Source: Candidatus Calypsonella navitae (GTDB lineage Archaea > Thermoproteota > Thermoprotei_A > Sulfolobales > Acidilobaceae). Taken from it: a stretch of DNA of 64,000 nt. Of the stretch, positions 38,274 to 47,764 are shown piece by piece. Each line of letters starts with the position of its first letter. Position 1 is the stretch's first letter. The stretch covers positions 61,793-125,792 of the forward strand of contig WWDU01000026.1 of NCBI GenBank assembly GCA_035175045.1, given 5' to 3'. The translations under genes were made by a program, and so were the position numbers. Under the pieces are notes generated by a model, which saw nothing but the letters and a program-made list of their open reading frames with translations, did not search any database and was not told where the DNA came from.

Positions 38274-39538
38274 CTCCCCCGCCCCCGAGCCAGGGTCTCA
38301 TGAGCGCGGGCTAAGTGGCCCGCGGCAAGCGCTGCCAGCAGGTTCACCTCCCCGGCGAGCACCGAGGCCGCCACTATCTCCGCGAACTTCAGGGCATTGA
38401 CGCCGGGGGGATCGCCTCCCCCCGCCACGCCCATTATCGAGAGAGCCTCGCGCTGGGTCGGGAGCCACGTGCCTCCCCCGACTGTCCCCACTTCTAGGCT
38501 TGGTAGCGTGACGCTCACGTAGAGGTCCCCGCCCCGGGGCTCGGTCCAGGTGTAGCCCATGCTGCTCTCGACGACCTGGGCTACGTCCTGACCCGTGGCT
38601 ATGAATATGGCCGCTATTATGTTCGCGAAGTGCGCGTTGAAGCCCAGATTACCCGCCACGGCCCCGCCTAGGAGGTTCTTCGATAGGTTGACATAGTGTA
38701 TGGCCTCAGCCGAAGCCTTTAGGACGCCCTCTATCACGTCCCTCTTTAGTAGAGCCTCGGCTACAACGTACTTGCCGCGGCCTAGCAGCTTGTTTAGGTG
38801 GCTAGCCTTCTTATCAACGCACAGGTTACCGCTTAAGGCCACACACTCCATGGAGCCATCGTATGACGCCTCTATCTCCCTGCACACCTCATCGCTGGCT
38901 ATCGTAGCCATGTTCATGCCCATAGCGTCTCCCGTCTTGTACACGAGCCTGAGCCAGACAAGGTTCCCCACAATGAAGGGCTGTATCTCCACGAGCCTCC
39001 CATGCCTAGTCTTGCGTGATGCCGCCTCGCGTAGCCTCTCCTCGTTCTCCCTAACCCACTCGACGAGCCTGACCGCGTCCTCGACGCTGGGCGTCCTTAT
39101 TAGGGGGGCACGGGCCATGCCATCCTTCACTACCCTAACCCTGGCCCCGCCCGATAGAGTGACTGCCTTCATACCCCTGTTTATGCTAGCCACCAGGGCC
39201 CCCTCGGTTGTCGCTAGCGGCACGTAGAAGTCGCCACGGGCATACTCCCCCTCGACGCGCAGTGGGCCAGCGACTGCTAGTGGCACCTGGACGGCGCCTA
39301 TGGGGTTCTCTATGTTGCGCCCCACGATCTCCTCGAAGTCCAGTATCGTAGATGCCACAGCTGAGAGGCTCACGCCAAGCTTCCTCTCGAGGTAGAGCCT
39401 CCTCACCAGGGCTGCCAGGTTCGAGTTGCCAAGCTCCCTGTCGAGCCGTGAGAGGCTGATCTCACCGCGCTCCAGCCTGGCTAGGGCCTCCTCTAGTAGC
39501 TTGGAATGCTCCTCCCCGCTAGCCTCCACGCGACCCAC
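38270..39538 (-). CDS. hmgA: 3-hydroxy-3-methylglutaryl-CoA reductase (class I)
   Basis: ENPIGAVQVPL, TTEGALVAS, DAMGMNM and GTVGGGT motifs. 422 aa. Confidence 0.9.
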   Translation of the reverse strand: MGRVEASGEEHSKLLEEALARLERGEISLSRLDRELGNSNLAALVRRLYLERKLGVSLSAVASTILDFEEIVGRNIENPIGAVQVPLAVAGPLRVEGEYARGDFYVPLATTEGALVASINRGMKAVTLSGGARVRVVKDGMARAPLIRTPSVEDAVRLVEWVRENEERLREAASRKTRHGRLVEIQPFIVGNLVWLRLVYKTGDAMGMNMATIASDEVCREIEASYDGSMECVALSGNLCVDKKASHLNKLLGRGKYVVAEALLKRDVIEGVLKASAEAIHYVNLSKNLLGGAVAGNLGFNAHFANIIAAIFIATGQDVAQVVESSMGYTWTEPRGGDLYVSVTLPSLEVGTVGGGTWLPTQREALSIMGVAGGGDPPGVNALKFAEIVAASVLAGEVNLLAALAAGHLARAHETLARGRGR

Positions 39539-39941
39539 CCTTTAGCTTCGGCCTGAACATTACTCCGTACCGTATTATGCCAGCCTCCCGGTCGCTGCGG
39601 ATCCTCCTGAGGACGGCCTCGACCTCCATGCCGGTCCTCAGCTCGGAGGGGTCGGCGTCCGTGATCTCGGCTACAACCCTGACTCTGCCCAGGCGGACGA
39701 GGCCCAGGAGTACCGGGGCCTTGTGGCGTGACCCTTCGGGCACGGCGTATACCACGCTATAGGACTCTAGGACCCCCTCGCTCGGTAACGTAACCCTCTC
39801 GAGGTCCCTGGAGCCGCAGTAGGGGCATGCTGGCATTGGGGGGTAGTGGATCCTGCCGCAGGTCTTGCAGCGGGCGGCCTCGAGCCTATAGAGGGGCCCC
39901 TTAACTCTCCACGTCTCGGGTACACTCAGGTCCATCGACAC
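39519..39941 (-). CDS. DUF35 zinc-ribbon/OB-fold protein (scaffold subunit of the archaeal thiolase/HMG-CoA synthase complex)
   Basis: CKTCGRIHYPPMPACPYCGS rubredoxin-like ribbon followed by an OB-fold segment. Positioned between thiolase and hmgA. Confidence 0.75.
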   Translation of the reverse strand: MSMDLSVPETWRVKGPLYRLEAARCKTCGRIHYPPMPACPYCGSRDLERVTLPSEGVLESYSVVYAVPEGSRHKAPVLLGLVRLGRVRVVAEITDADPSELRTGMEVEAVLRRIRSDREAGIIRYGVMFRPKLKGGSRGG

Positions 39942-39942
39942 G

Positions 39943-41103
39943 CTAGGCCACCCCCTCCACTAGTACTAGGTGCGCGGAGGAGCCATCGCCACTGGCCATG
40001 ACTGCTAGGCCCCTCCGCGCGCCGTCAACCCTCAGGCCGGGGTACTCCCCTGAAAGCTGCAGGGCGAGCTCGCCAACCATGTAGACCCCAGTCGCCCCCA
40101 CAGGGTGCCCGCGGGCCTTGAGGCCCCCAGAGGGGTTGACTACGGGGCCGTCGCCTCCAAGGGTGAACCTGCCCTCCATAGCGTCAACAGCCGCTCTCCC
40201 GGGCTTCGAGAGCCCGAGGGACTCGGCCAGTATCACCCCTATGCTCGTGAATGTATCGCCGAGCTCTATAACATCAACGTTCGCAGGCGCTATACCGGTG
40301 ACCTCCCGGAGCCTGGCTGCCACCTCGCCCACCGACTCGGGGGCGAGCGGGTCCTCGTTCATGGTGAACGATGGGTACCCAGCCGCTGAGGTTGCGAGGA
40401 CCACCTTGGCCCTGGCGTCACCGTGGGGCTCCGACTCGAGGACAAGGGCAGCCGCTCCATCACCTAGGGGGAACGAGTCGAGCAGCGTCAGGGGCTCTGC
40501 CACCTTAAGCGCCCTGGGCACCGCTGCCGGGTCTATTGCGAAGGGGAGCATCGCGTATGGGTTGTGCTTCGCGTGGCTATGATCCATGGCTGGCCAGTAG
40601 GATAGCGTGTCCCTGCCGACACCATACCTCTCCATGTAGAGCCTGGCTAGGAGGCCCGCGACGCCCGCATGCCCGATATCGTAGAGGGCCTGTACCTCAG
40701 CCTCGTAGAGCCTCTGGAGATCCCTGTATACACGAGAGCTCACGTAGTCCGTGAGCTTATCAACGCCTACAACAAGCACCCTTTCCGCGGAGCCGGCCCT
40801 TATGAGAGAGCAGGCAGCCTCGACGGCCGCTAGTCCCGAGGCATCGCCTGCCTCCATGGCGAGAGTCTGAGCACCCTTCAGTCCCAGGGCCCCGGCTAGG
40901 TGGCCTGCCAGGTCGAACTGGCCGGCCTCTCTGTAGCTGAGTGTTGACGCTACAACGACGGCGTCGACCTTATCGATTCGCGCCGAGTCGAGCGCCTCGA
41001 AGGCGGCTCGGGCCGCTAGCTCTCTAAGGCTGAGGTCGAAGTGCCTCCCAACCTTGGTTAGGCCCACACCAGTTATGTAGACCTCCACCACGACCACCCC
41101 CAC
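39943..41103 (-). CDS. Acetyl-CoA acetyltransferase (archaeal thiolase)
   Basis: VYITGVGLTKVGRH N-terminus and C-terminal GGLKARGHPVGATG and VMASGDG patterns of thiolase-like enzymes. Confidence 0.85.
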   Translation of the reverse strand: MGVVVVEVYITGVGLTKVGRHFDLSLRELAARAAFEALDSARIDKVDAVVVASTLSYREAGQFDLAGHLAGALGLKGAQTLAMEAGDASGLAAVEAACSLIRAGSAERVLVVGVDKLTDYVSSRVYRDLQRLYEAEVQALYDIGHAGVAGLLARLYMERYGVGRDTLSYWPAMDHSHAKHNPYAMLPFAIDPAAVPRALKVAEPLTLLDSFPLGDGAAALVLESEPHGDARAKVVLATSAAGYPSFTMNEDPLAPESVGEVAARLREVTGIAPANVDVIELGDTFTSIGVILAESLGLSKPGRAAVDAMEGRFTLGGDGPVVNPSGGLKARGHPVGATGVYMVGELALQLSGEYPGLRVDGARRGLAVMASGDGSSAHLVLVEGVA

Positions 41104-41104
41104 G

Positions 41105-42169
41105 TCATTTTATCACATTGAGTATGCCGCGGAACTTCGCGTATGTAGCGTAGTCTATCTCCTTCCTCCTCTCGAGGTAGTCATCGAAGAGTGGGGCCAG
41201 TCCCCTCCTCTCCTCGATGGCGTCCGTCACTACTATGCTGTAAGCATCGGAGCCCGCCCCGCTACCGAACGGTGCTACGAGGATCCTGTCACCCGGCTTG
41301 GCTATGTCGAGTACTCTGGCTAGGCCTAGGAGGGCGCTCGCGTTGTATGTGTTACCTATAACTGGCGTGACGAGGCCGGGTAGCACCTTCTCCTTGGGGA
41401 TTCCTAGTCTCCTCGCTATCCGTAGTGGGAACTTCCCGTTGGGCTGGTGGAATACCGCGTAGTCGAAGTCTGAGGGCTTGAGGCCCAGCTCGGCTAGGAG
41501 GCCCTTAACAGCATTCTCAATATGGTGGAAGTACGCTGGCTCGCCGGTGAAGCCCTCGCCATGCAGCGGGTAGGGCTGGTGGGCCCTCCTCCAGAAGTCC
41601 GGCGTGTCGGTGACGTAGGTGTAGCTACCCTCGAAGTGCGCGACGGCGCCCTCGCGTGGCCCGATAATGTAGGCCACGGCGCCGCTCGAGGCCGTGAACT
41701 CGAGCACGTCGCCTGGGTTGGCCTGTGCTGTGTCGCTCCCCACAACGAGGCCATACTCTATGAGCCCCGAGGCTACCATGCCTATGAGGGCCCTAAGCCC
41801 CTCACTGGCCGCCCTGCAGGCGAACTCCAAGTCGCTAGCCATGGTGGCAGGCGTTATGCCTAGGGCCTCCGCTATGATCGTTGCGCTAGGCTTGACAGCG
41901 TATGGCTTGGATTCGGTGCCGAAGAAGACCGCTCCCACCCGCGAGGCCTCTATGGAGGCCCTCCTCAAGGCGTTCCTAGCAGCCTCATAACCCATCGTCA
42001 CCGAGTCCTCGTCGGGCCCAGCCACGGCTTTCTCCTTCATGCCAAGCCCCGAGGCCTGCTCGGGGGCCCAGCCCCACACCCTCGCGATCTCGCTCATGGG
42101 AAGCCTGTAGCGGGGCACGTACACGCCCCAGCCGTGTATACCCGTCTTCTCCTCAGGCCTGCCCTCCAA
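41105..42169 (-). CDS. HMG-CoA synthase (archaeal type)
   Basis: [14 protein letters not shown] start, catalytic-Cys region [21 protein letters not shown] and [12 protein letters not shown] motifs. Confidence 0.85.
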   Translation of the reverse strand: MEGRPEEKTGIHGWGVYVPRYRLPMSEIARVWGWAPEQASGLGMKEKAVAGPDEDSVTMGYEAARNALRRASIEASRVGAVFFGTESKPYAVKPSATIIAEALGITPATMASDLEFACRAASEGLRALIGMVASGLIEYGLVVGSDTAQANPGDVLEFTASSGAVAYIIGPREGAVAHFEGSYTYVTDTPDFWRRAHQPYPLHGEGFTGEPAYFHHIENAVKGLLAELGLKPSDFDYAVFHQPNGKFPLRIARRLGIPKEKVLPGLVTPVIGNTYNASALLGLARVLDIAKPGDRILVAPFGSGAGSDAYSIVVTDAIEERRGLAPLFDDYLERRKEIDYATYAKFRGILNVIK

Positions 42170-42296
42170 TCAGGACGCGCCCCCAGGCCTGCAGGGGCTG
42201 GGGTGAGTCCCACTAAAAAACTTAGACAGCCAGTATACCGCCGTTAGACTATGGTCGAATCAGTCCTTATTATCTAAGACTACTCGAGGCCCCCGG

Positions 42297-44876
42297 GTGG
42301 GGGTCACATTATTGGTATACCCGCGGAGGCTCGCATCATTCATTGAGGCGCTTATAGTGATCGGGGCCTTCACGCTGGCAATAGTCCCTCTCCCACTAGG
42401 GCCAGCTTACCTCTCTCTCATAGACCCGGCGCACGGCATAGGGGCCTCGGCTAAGGCCTCTGAGCTACTCACCACCAGGGTCATAGCGCCTGGGGTGCCG
42501 GGGTCAGCGCTCGTCGCCTGGGATAAGTACGGGATCCCCCACATCTACGCCACCACGGATGAGGCTGGCTTCTACGCCCTAGGCTGGGTGGAGGCGGGGC
42601 TCAGGCTATTCCAAATGGACCTCCTACGCAGAATCCCCGAGGGCAGGCTAGCCGGGCTTATCGGGCCGCAGGCCCTGCCCAGCGATCGAATAGTCATAAA
42701 GCTGGGCGTGCCGGATGCCGTGAAGAAGCAGGCCCTCGCCTCCCTAAGGGATCCGGCCCTTAGAGAGATGAACGAGCTCGTGAGGTATTTTATCCTAGGC
42801 ATCAACGACTACATAAACTACGTGAACAGCCACGACATGGTGCCCCTCGAATACCGCCTCCTCGGCCAGAAGCCCTCCACGTGGAATTACACGGACGTCT
42901 TCGCGGTATCCAAGCTACCAGCACTACTCTACTCCTTCAGCGAGTCAGACCTGGTCCTGGAGAAGCTAGTCCAGAAGTGGGGCCCCGGCCTGCTGTTGCA
43001 CCTAGGTATAGGCCATGCGTGGCCCCCCTATACGGCGTACTGCAACGAGTCGAAGCGCTGGAGCCCCGGACCCACGCCCCTGTCGCCGCCCATGTATAAC
43101 CCCTCTAGGGCGCCTGGAGTAGGCAGGGCTCTAGAGAACCTCGAGCCCCTAGAGGAGTGGCTCCGGATAGTCACGGGTGGGGAGCCCGCTAGCTCGGCCT
43201 TCGTCGTAAACCCGGCATTTACTACGGACCACGGGACCCTCCTAGTTGACGACCTACACGACTCGCTGACAGCTCCCCCCCTCTGGCTTATAGTGCAGCT
43301 AGTGACCCCATCCTTCCACGTAGCTGGCCTGGTCTTACCGGGGACACCCTTCGTCTTCGTTGGGAGGAACCTCTTCGTAGCGTGGGGATTCACCTCATCA
43401 ATGGCGGACCAGATTGACTTCTACTACTTCAAGTGGAACTCGAGGGGGGAGTACCTCTTCAACGGCACATGGCACAAGCCCGTGGAGAGGAAGGTGCAGG
43501 TAAAGGTGTGGAACCCCCTGAAGAGGAGATACACAGTAGTCATCGTGAATGTGACGGACACACTCGTAGGCCCACTCATCGGCTATGGCAACGAGTCGTA
43601 CGCCGTCAAGTGGACTTTCTACTATAGCAGCAACGAGCTGGCGTTCCTCTGGAGGCTCAACATGGCCAGGGACTACAAGGACGCCCTCAGAGCGCAGCTA
43701 ACGCTGGGGACCCCCCTGCTTAACCTCTTCGTGGCTGATACTGGGGGTCACATCGCCTGGAGCCCCGTAGGCTACCTGCCGCTCCGCGCTAACCTACCAC
43801 TCATAGAGTATCACGGGCTCGAGGCTGTTAACACTGGGTTCCTACCTTTCAACGCTAGCGCGGGCCAGGGCCTCTGGGTAGGCATTATCCCGAAGACGAG
43901 CCTACGAGTAGTGGTAGACCCCAGGAGGCCGTTCCTCGCTAACGCTAATAACGCGCCCTTCCTGGGCAACTGCACCATACCCTCAGGCAGGATAATCTAT
44001 GGGTACGAGTATAGCAGTGGTTATAGGGCTAAGAGGCTCTTCGAACTGGTGAAATCCTACATAGCCAGACCACTCGGCATAAATGTTAGTGGGGCTGAGG
44101 CCATACTTAACGACACCGTGGACCTGGGGCTCCTAGAGTACACCAGGCTGCTGGTGGGCCTCGCCTCGGCTGTGCCAGCAAAGCTCACACCCCTAGAGGC
44201 GAAGGTAATATCGAGTCTCATGACGTGGAGGGGGGACACGAGCTTGAATTCTACCATGTCAACGATAGCACTCGCGTGGACCAGCCTCTACACCAAGGAG
44301 CTGTGGAGCCACCTTCTAGGAGGCAACTACAGCGGAGCCCTAGAGGGTGCCAGGCTCAGGTGGACCATAACGCTCCTAAAGGCCTACTCCAATGGCGATG
44401 AGTGGGTGTACGATTACCTCAACAAGGGCTACCCGGAGGAGCTGGCGGTCTCAACGCTCTCTGATGCAATCCAAATACTAGAGGAGTTCTACGGTAGCAA
44501 GAACGTGTCTAGCTGGAGGTACGGCCGCTTCCACTACTACCAACCGAGGAGCCCCCTAGGCTGGCTCTTGCCTGGCCTGAACCTAGAGCGGGTCAGCGCT
44601 CCAGGCGGCCCGGATAGCGTGCTCCTCGCGAGGCCCTCAGAGGTAGACGCTACCCGGGGAGCGCCCGTGGGCGTAGCCTCTGTGGCACGGGTGATATGCG
44701 ACCTGGGAAGCTCGAAGATGCTAGTCTCCATACCGGGAGGCGAGAGCGGCAGCCCCTTCAGCCCCCACTACTCCGACCTCTACCGCATTTGGGCCCGAGG
44801 AGGCTACGTGTCGATAGACCTGACCGCCAAGCCGCCGAGCAGTGGTGCGAGGCTCGTGATAAACGCGTGGGGGTGA
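42297..44876 (+). CDS. Penicillin/AHL acylase-family Ntn hydrolase (peptidase S45), N-terminally membrane-anchored/secreted, sequon-rich
   Basis: WDKYGIPHIYATTDEAGFYALGWVEAGLRLFQMDLLRR is the alpha-subunit signature. Candidate autoprocessing site is ...PAS|SAFVV. Contains an N-terminal hydrophobic helix and 12 N-x-S/T sequons, read directly from the translation. Confidence 0.8.
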   Translation: MGVTLLVYPRRLASFIEALIVIGAFTLAIVPLPLGPAYLSLIDPAHGIGASAKASELLTTRVIAPGVPGSALVAWDKYGIPHIYATTDEAGFYALGWVEAGLRLFQMDLLRRIPEGRLAGLIGPQALPSDRIVIKLGVPDAVKKQALASLRDPALREMNELVRYFILGINDYINYVNSHDMVPLEYRLLGQKPSTWNYTDVFAVSKLPALLYSFSESDLVLEKLVQKWGPGLLLHLGIGHAWPPYTAYCNESKRWSPGPTPLSPPMYNPSRAPGVGRALENLEPLEEWLRIVTGGEPASSAFVVNPAFTTDHGTLLVDDLHDSLTAPPLWLIVQLVTPSFHVAGLVLPGTPFVFVGRNLFVAWGFTSSMADQIDFYYFKWNSRGEYLFNGTWHKPVERKVQVKVWNPLKRRYTVVIVNVTDTLVGPLIGYGNESYAVKWTFYYSSNELAFLWRLNMARDYKDALRAQLTLGTPLLNLFVADTGGHIAWSPVGYLPLRANLPLIEYHGLEAVNTGFLPFNASAGQGLWVGIIPKTSLRVVVDPRRPFLANANNAPFLGNCTIPSGRIIYGYEYSSGYRAKRLFELVKSYIARPLGINVSGAEAILNDTVDLGLLEYTRLLVGLASAVPAKLTPLEAKVISSLMTWRGDTSLNSTMSTIALAWTSLYTKELWSHLLGGNYSGALEGARLRWTITLLKAYSNGDEWVYDYLNKGYPEELAVSTLSDAIQILEEFYGSKNVSSWRYGRFHYYQPRSPLGWLLPGLNLERVSAPGGPDSVLLARPSEVDATRGAPVGVASVARVICDLGSSKMLVSIPGGESGSPFSPHYSDLYRIWARGGYVSIDLTAKPPSSGARLVINAWG

Positions 44877-44880
44877 GCCG

Positions 44881-45264
44881 GTGGTGACGCGGAGGAGGGG
44901 CCTCTCGAGGGAGGCGCTCTTCGCCGGGGCGTACATTATATCTTACGCCTCCTACGCCGCCCTACTTGCTGTAGCACCCAATCCCTGGAACCTCTACGCC
45001 GCCGCCCTCGCCGCGGGGCTCGCGGGCGCCCTGGCCTCGGGTCCCCTCTGGGGCGCGCTGGCCTCGGGCCTGGGCGGCCTCTCGGGGCACTTGACCCTGC
45101 TGGCCGCCAGCCCCGTGGGGGGCTTCGTGGCGGGGCTCGCTAGAGTGGTGGGGTGGACCCCCGTGGCGGTGGGCTTCCTCTATAGCCTCCTCGTGCCAGC
45201 GGGGGTGGCCGTGGTTGCCTGGCATGGAGCGCGTGGACTGCGGGCCTGGAGGCGTGGTGGTTAA
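44881..45264 (+). CDS. Hypothetical Ala/Gly-rich membrane protein
   Basis: 127-aa ORF with 3-4 hydrophobic segments and a GTG start 5 nt after the acylase stop. Composition could also be a GC-driven artefact. Confidence 0.35.
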   Translation: MVTRRRGLSREALFAGAYIISYASYAALLAVAPNPWNLYAAALAAGLAGALASGPLWGALASGLGGLSGHLTLLAASPVGGFVAGLARVVGWTPVAVGFLYSLLVPAGVAVVAWHGARGLRAWRRGG

Positions 45265-45931
45265 GGTCAGTGGGTCCCTGGTCTATCCTCCGAGCAGCGA
45301 GTACCTAGGCGCCCTGCGGGATGCCGCGGGGCTCCTCGTGGAGAGGTGCGGGAGGCTCGGCCTCGTGGTGGGCGGGGGCCCGCTGGCCCGCGAGGCTATA
45401 GAGGCCCTGAAGCCACTCGGCCTTGGGCTCTCGGTGCTCGACATCGCTGGAATCAGAGCCTCGCGCTTCAACGCCTTCCTAGTAGCGGCATCGCTCCACC
45501 CACTTGCTCCGCTGAGGGTCCCGGAGAGTGTCGAGGAGGCCCTGGATCTGTTGTCTGGGTGGAGGGCTGTGGTAATGGGGGGCCTCCAGCCGGGGCAGAG
45601 CACTAACGCCGTAGCCGCCTCGCTCGCGGAGGCAATGGGGGCCAGCGTCCTGGTTAACCTGTTGAAGGGTATAGACGGGGTCTATTACCCCGCACCGGGC
45701 GTGCCTGGCTCGCGGAGGCTTGAGAGGGCCTCCTACTCCGACCTAAGGAGGGTTATCGAGGACCTCAGCCAGACGCCGGGGGGCTACGCCTTATTCGACG
45801 CCGTGGCGTTGAACATAGTCGAGAGGAGCGAAATCAAAATAATCTTTATGGATGGAGGGGACCCTAGGAGGATCCCAGAGGCCCTAGACGGCGCCGGAGC
45901 CTTCACCCTCGTAGGGCCCGGCCGGGGCTAG
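45215..45931 (+). CDS. pyrH: Uridylate (UMP) kinase, archaeal type (amino-acid kinase fold)
   Basis: VVKVSGSL, VVGGG and VMGG...PGQSTNAVAA patterns. The true start is probably a GTG at ~45254-45257 (MVVKVSGS). Confidence 0.7.
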   Translation: MPGMERVDCGPGGVVVKVSGSLVYPPSSEYLGALRDAAGLLVERCGRLGLVVGGGPLAREAIEALKPLGLGLSVLDIAGIRASRFNAFLVAASLHPLAPLRVPESVEEALDLLSGWRAVVMGGLQPGQSTNAVAASLAEAMGASVLVNLLKGIDGVYYPAPGVPGSRRLERASYSDLRRVIEDLSQTPGGYALFDAVALNIVERSEIKIIFMDGGDPRRIPEALDGAGAFTLVGPGRG

Positions 45932-45941
45932 CTGTGGCGCC

Positions 45942-46514
45942 TCACACTAGCCCCCTCTCGCGGAGCAGCTGCACGTAGAGCCTGAAGCCCTCGTGTATAG
46001 TAGTAGTGTGCCTCGTTGTCACTATGTTTGAGTCCCTCTCAGCGGGGCTCCCCGTGTAGGTGGCACCAGCATTCACTAGATCGTCGGCTATGCCGGGGTG
46101 CCCCGTAACCCTCCTCCCCCGGATTACCCCGGCACTCGCTAGGAGCAGCGGTCCGTGGCATATCGCCATCACGGGGGTTCCCTTAGAAGCCAGTCTCCTG
46201 ACCAGCTCTACCGCCTCCCGGCTTAGCCTCGCTCGCTCGGGCCCCCTGCCGCCCGGTATGACTAGGGCGTCCCACTCCATGCCCAGTGCCTCCCGGAATT
46301 CTATGTCGACGGTGAACTCTATCCCCCTCTTCCCCCGGATCCTCCTCGGCGCGGGGACAGGCTCTCCCCGGGGGCTCAGGGTGAGGTACTCGCTCGTCTT
46401 CCTCGAGGCCGCCAGGTACGTCTCGAAGCCCAGCTCTTTCATCCTGTATATAGAGTAGTACAACTCGAGGTCGTCAACATCGTCCTCAGCCACTATAACG
46501 GCCCTTGGGCTCAA
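45942..46514 (-). CDS. pfpI: DJ-1/PfpI family intracellular protease/deglycase
   Basis: DALVIPGGRGPE and the nucleophile elbow VMAICHGPLLLASAG. Confidence 0.8.
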   Translation of the reverse strand: MSPRAVIVAEDDVDDLELYYSIYRMKELGFETYLAASRKTSEYLTLSPRGEPVPAPRRIRGKRGIEFTVDIEFREALGMEWDALVIPGGRGPERARLSREAVELVRRLASKGTPVMAICHGPLLLASAGVIRGRRVTGHPGIADDLVNAGATYTGSPAERDSNIVTTRHTTTIHEGFRLYVQLLRERGLV

Positions 46515-46518
46515 GGCC

Positions 46519-47070
46519 CTAGCACCTCCCCAGCTTCACGAGGCGCGCCAGGGAGGAGTATAGCCAGCGCAGGATTCTTAGTGTTAAACCCCACACAACT
46601 AGTTCCCTCTCAAGTTCCACACCCACAACCTCGAAGCCCCTCGGGTGCAAGAGCCTAGCGGGCCTAACACCCGCGACGGCCTCCAGCGGCGTCCAGAACA
46701 CTGCGTCGACCTCGCTAGAGTTAGGTCTAACACAGAGGGGGCCCCGCGTGACTGCTACGACGGGCCTAACAATGACGGAGCCCCTCGAGGTGGCGTGTAG
46801 GGGGCCAAGGCAGAGGACTCTTACGTAGGCTGGGTTAACCCAGGCCTCCTCCCAGGCCTCGCGCAACGCGGCCGCGATAGAGTCCTCCCCAGGCCGTATA
46901 TGCCCCCCGGGCAGTGCGACGTCGCAAGCCCAGGGAGAATCCTGGGAGCAGCTCTTACGCTCCAGGAGCACATGCCCCTCGGGAGAGAGGAGTACTAGGA
47001 CAGCAGCCTCCTCCAGCCCCAAGGCCGCCACACCCCGCTGGCGCGGCGCCCAGTCCATGCGGGCCTTCAC
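46519..47070 (-). CDS. Nudix hydrolase (CoA pyrophosphatase-like)
   Basis: Nudix box GGHIRPGEDSIAAALREAWEEAWV, preceded by VLLERKS...ALPGG, which resembles the NuCoA motif. Confidence 0.65.
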   Translation of the reverse strand: MKARMDWAPRQRGVAALGLEEAAVLVLLSPEGHVLLERKSCSQDSPWACDVALPGGHIRPGEDSIAAALREAWEEAWVNPAYVRVLCLGPLHATSRGSVIVRPVVAVTRGPLCVRPNSSEVDAVFWTPLEAVAGVRPARLLHPRGFEVVGVELERELVVWGLTLRILRWLYSSLARLVKLGRC

Positions 47071-47198
47071 GTCATCCCGCGGCTAGCCTGTGGTCTGCAT
47101 TCAACCCGGGTTCCCTCTTCATCGGGCGCCGCGCCCGCCCCCCCGACTCCACGGGCAAAGCTTTATTCGCCCCCTGGCCCTCCAAGCACTACACGGCT

Positions 47199-47304
47199 GG
47201 GCCCGTAGCTCAGCCAGGCAGAGCGGCGGGCTCCAGAGCCGGGGGGATAGGCCTACCTCGGAGAGACCCGTAGGTCGGGGGTTCGAGTCCCCCCGGGCCC
47301 ACCA
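47199..47304 (+). tRNA. tRNA-Trp (anticodon CCA) with 29-nt intron at canonical 37/38 position (47237-47265); CCA end encoded
   Basis: GGGCCCG acceptor, GCGGG-CUCCAG|intron|A-CCCGU anticodon arm, T arm GGGGGTTCGAGTCCCCC, discriminator A. CTTTATTC box ~35 nt upstream. Confidence 0.85.
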
Positions 47305-47410
47305 CATAGGCTACACGGGCTCCTCTCGCTTAGTGAAAGCTTCTATTAACTCCCCTAGAGCCGTGGGGCTTTGGGGGGCGGGCTTGGCTAGGGGCCCCTT
47401 CATAGAGAAT

Positions 47411-47764
47411 ATGATAGAGTTCATTGACGGCAACACCCTAGTGGTTAACGGGATAGGGAGACCGAAGCGCATCCAGCTACCCCAGGAAGTCGTTGAGTGG
47501 GTGAAGAGCAGTGTCTACGCGAGGATAGTACTGAAGGAGCTCGCGACACACTACAAGTTCCGCTCCAGGCTCACGCACCCCGGAGCACTTAGGAGCCTCC
47601 TACTCCTCCTCTACTCCAGAGCCCAGGGCGTGGCCCCCTATAGGGTCGCCAGGCGTTATGGCGTGTCGCCCGAGCAGCTCTACAGGCTAGAGAGGGGGCT
47701 GAAGAAGGACGGGCTCTACGACTACGTCATGAACGTCCTCTCACTCGATGGACAGGAGAGATGA
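47411..47764 (+). CDS. Hypothetical protein with possible C-terminal HTH
   Basis: 117 aa from the ATG at 47411. The ORF-track extension to 47090 runs through tRNA-Trp and was discarded. APYRVARRYGVSPEQLYRLERGLKKDG looks HTH-like. Confidence 0.4.
   Translation: MIEFIDGNTLVVNGIGRPKRIQLPQEVVEWVKSSVYARIVLKELATHYKFRSRLTHPGALRSLLLLLYSRAQGVAPYRVARRYGVSPEQLYRLERGLKKDGLYDYVMNVLSLDGQER

Noticed and set aside
47090-47410. N-terminal 107 aa of the 224-aa plus-strand ORF
   Set aside because: It reads straight through tRNA-Trp on the same strand. Only the part from the ATG at 47411 is kept, as a low-confidence hypothetical.
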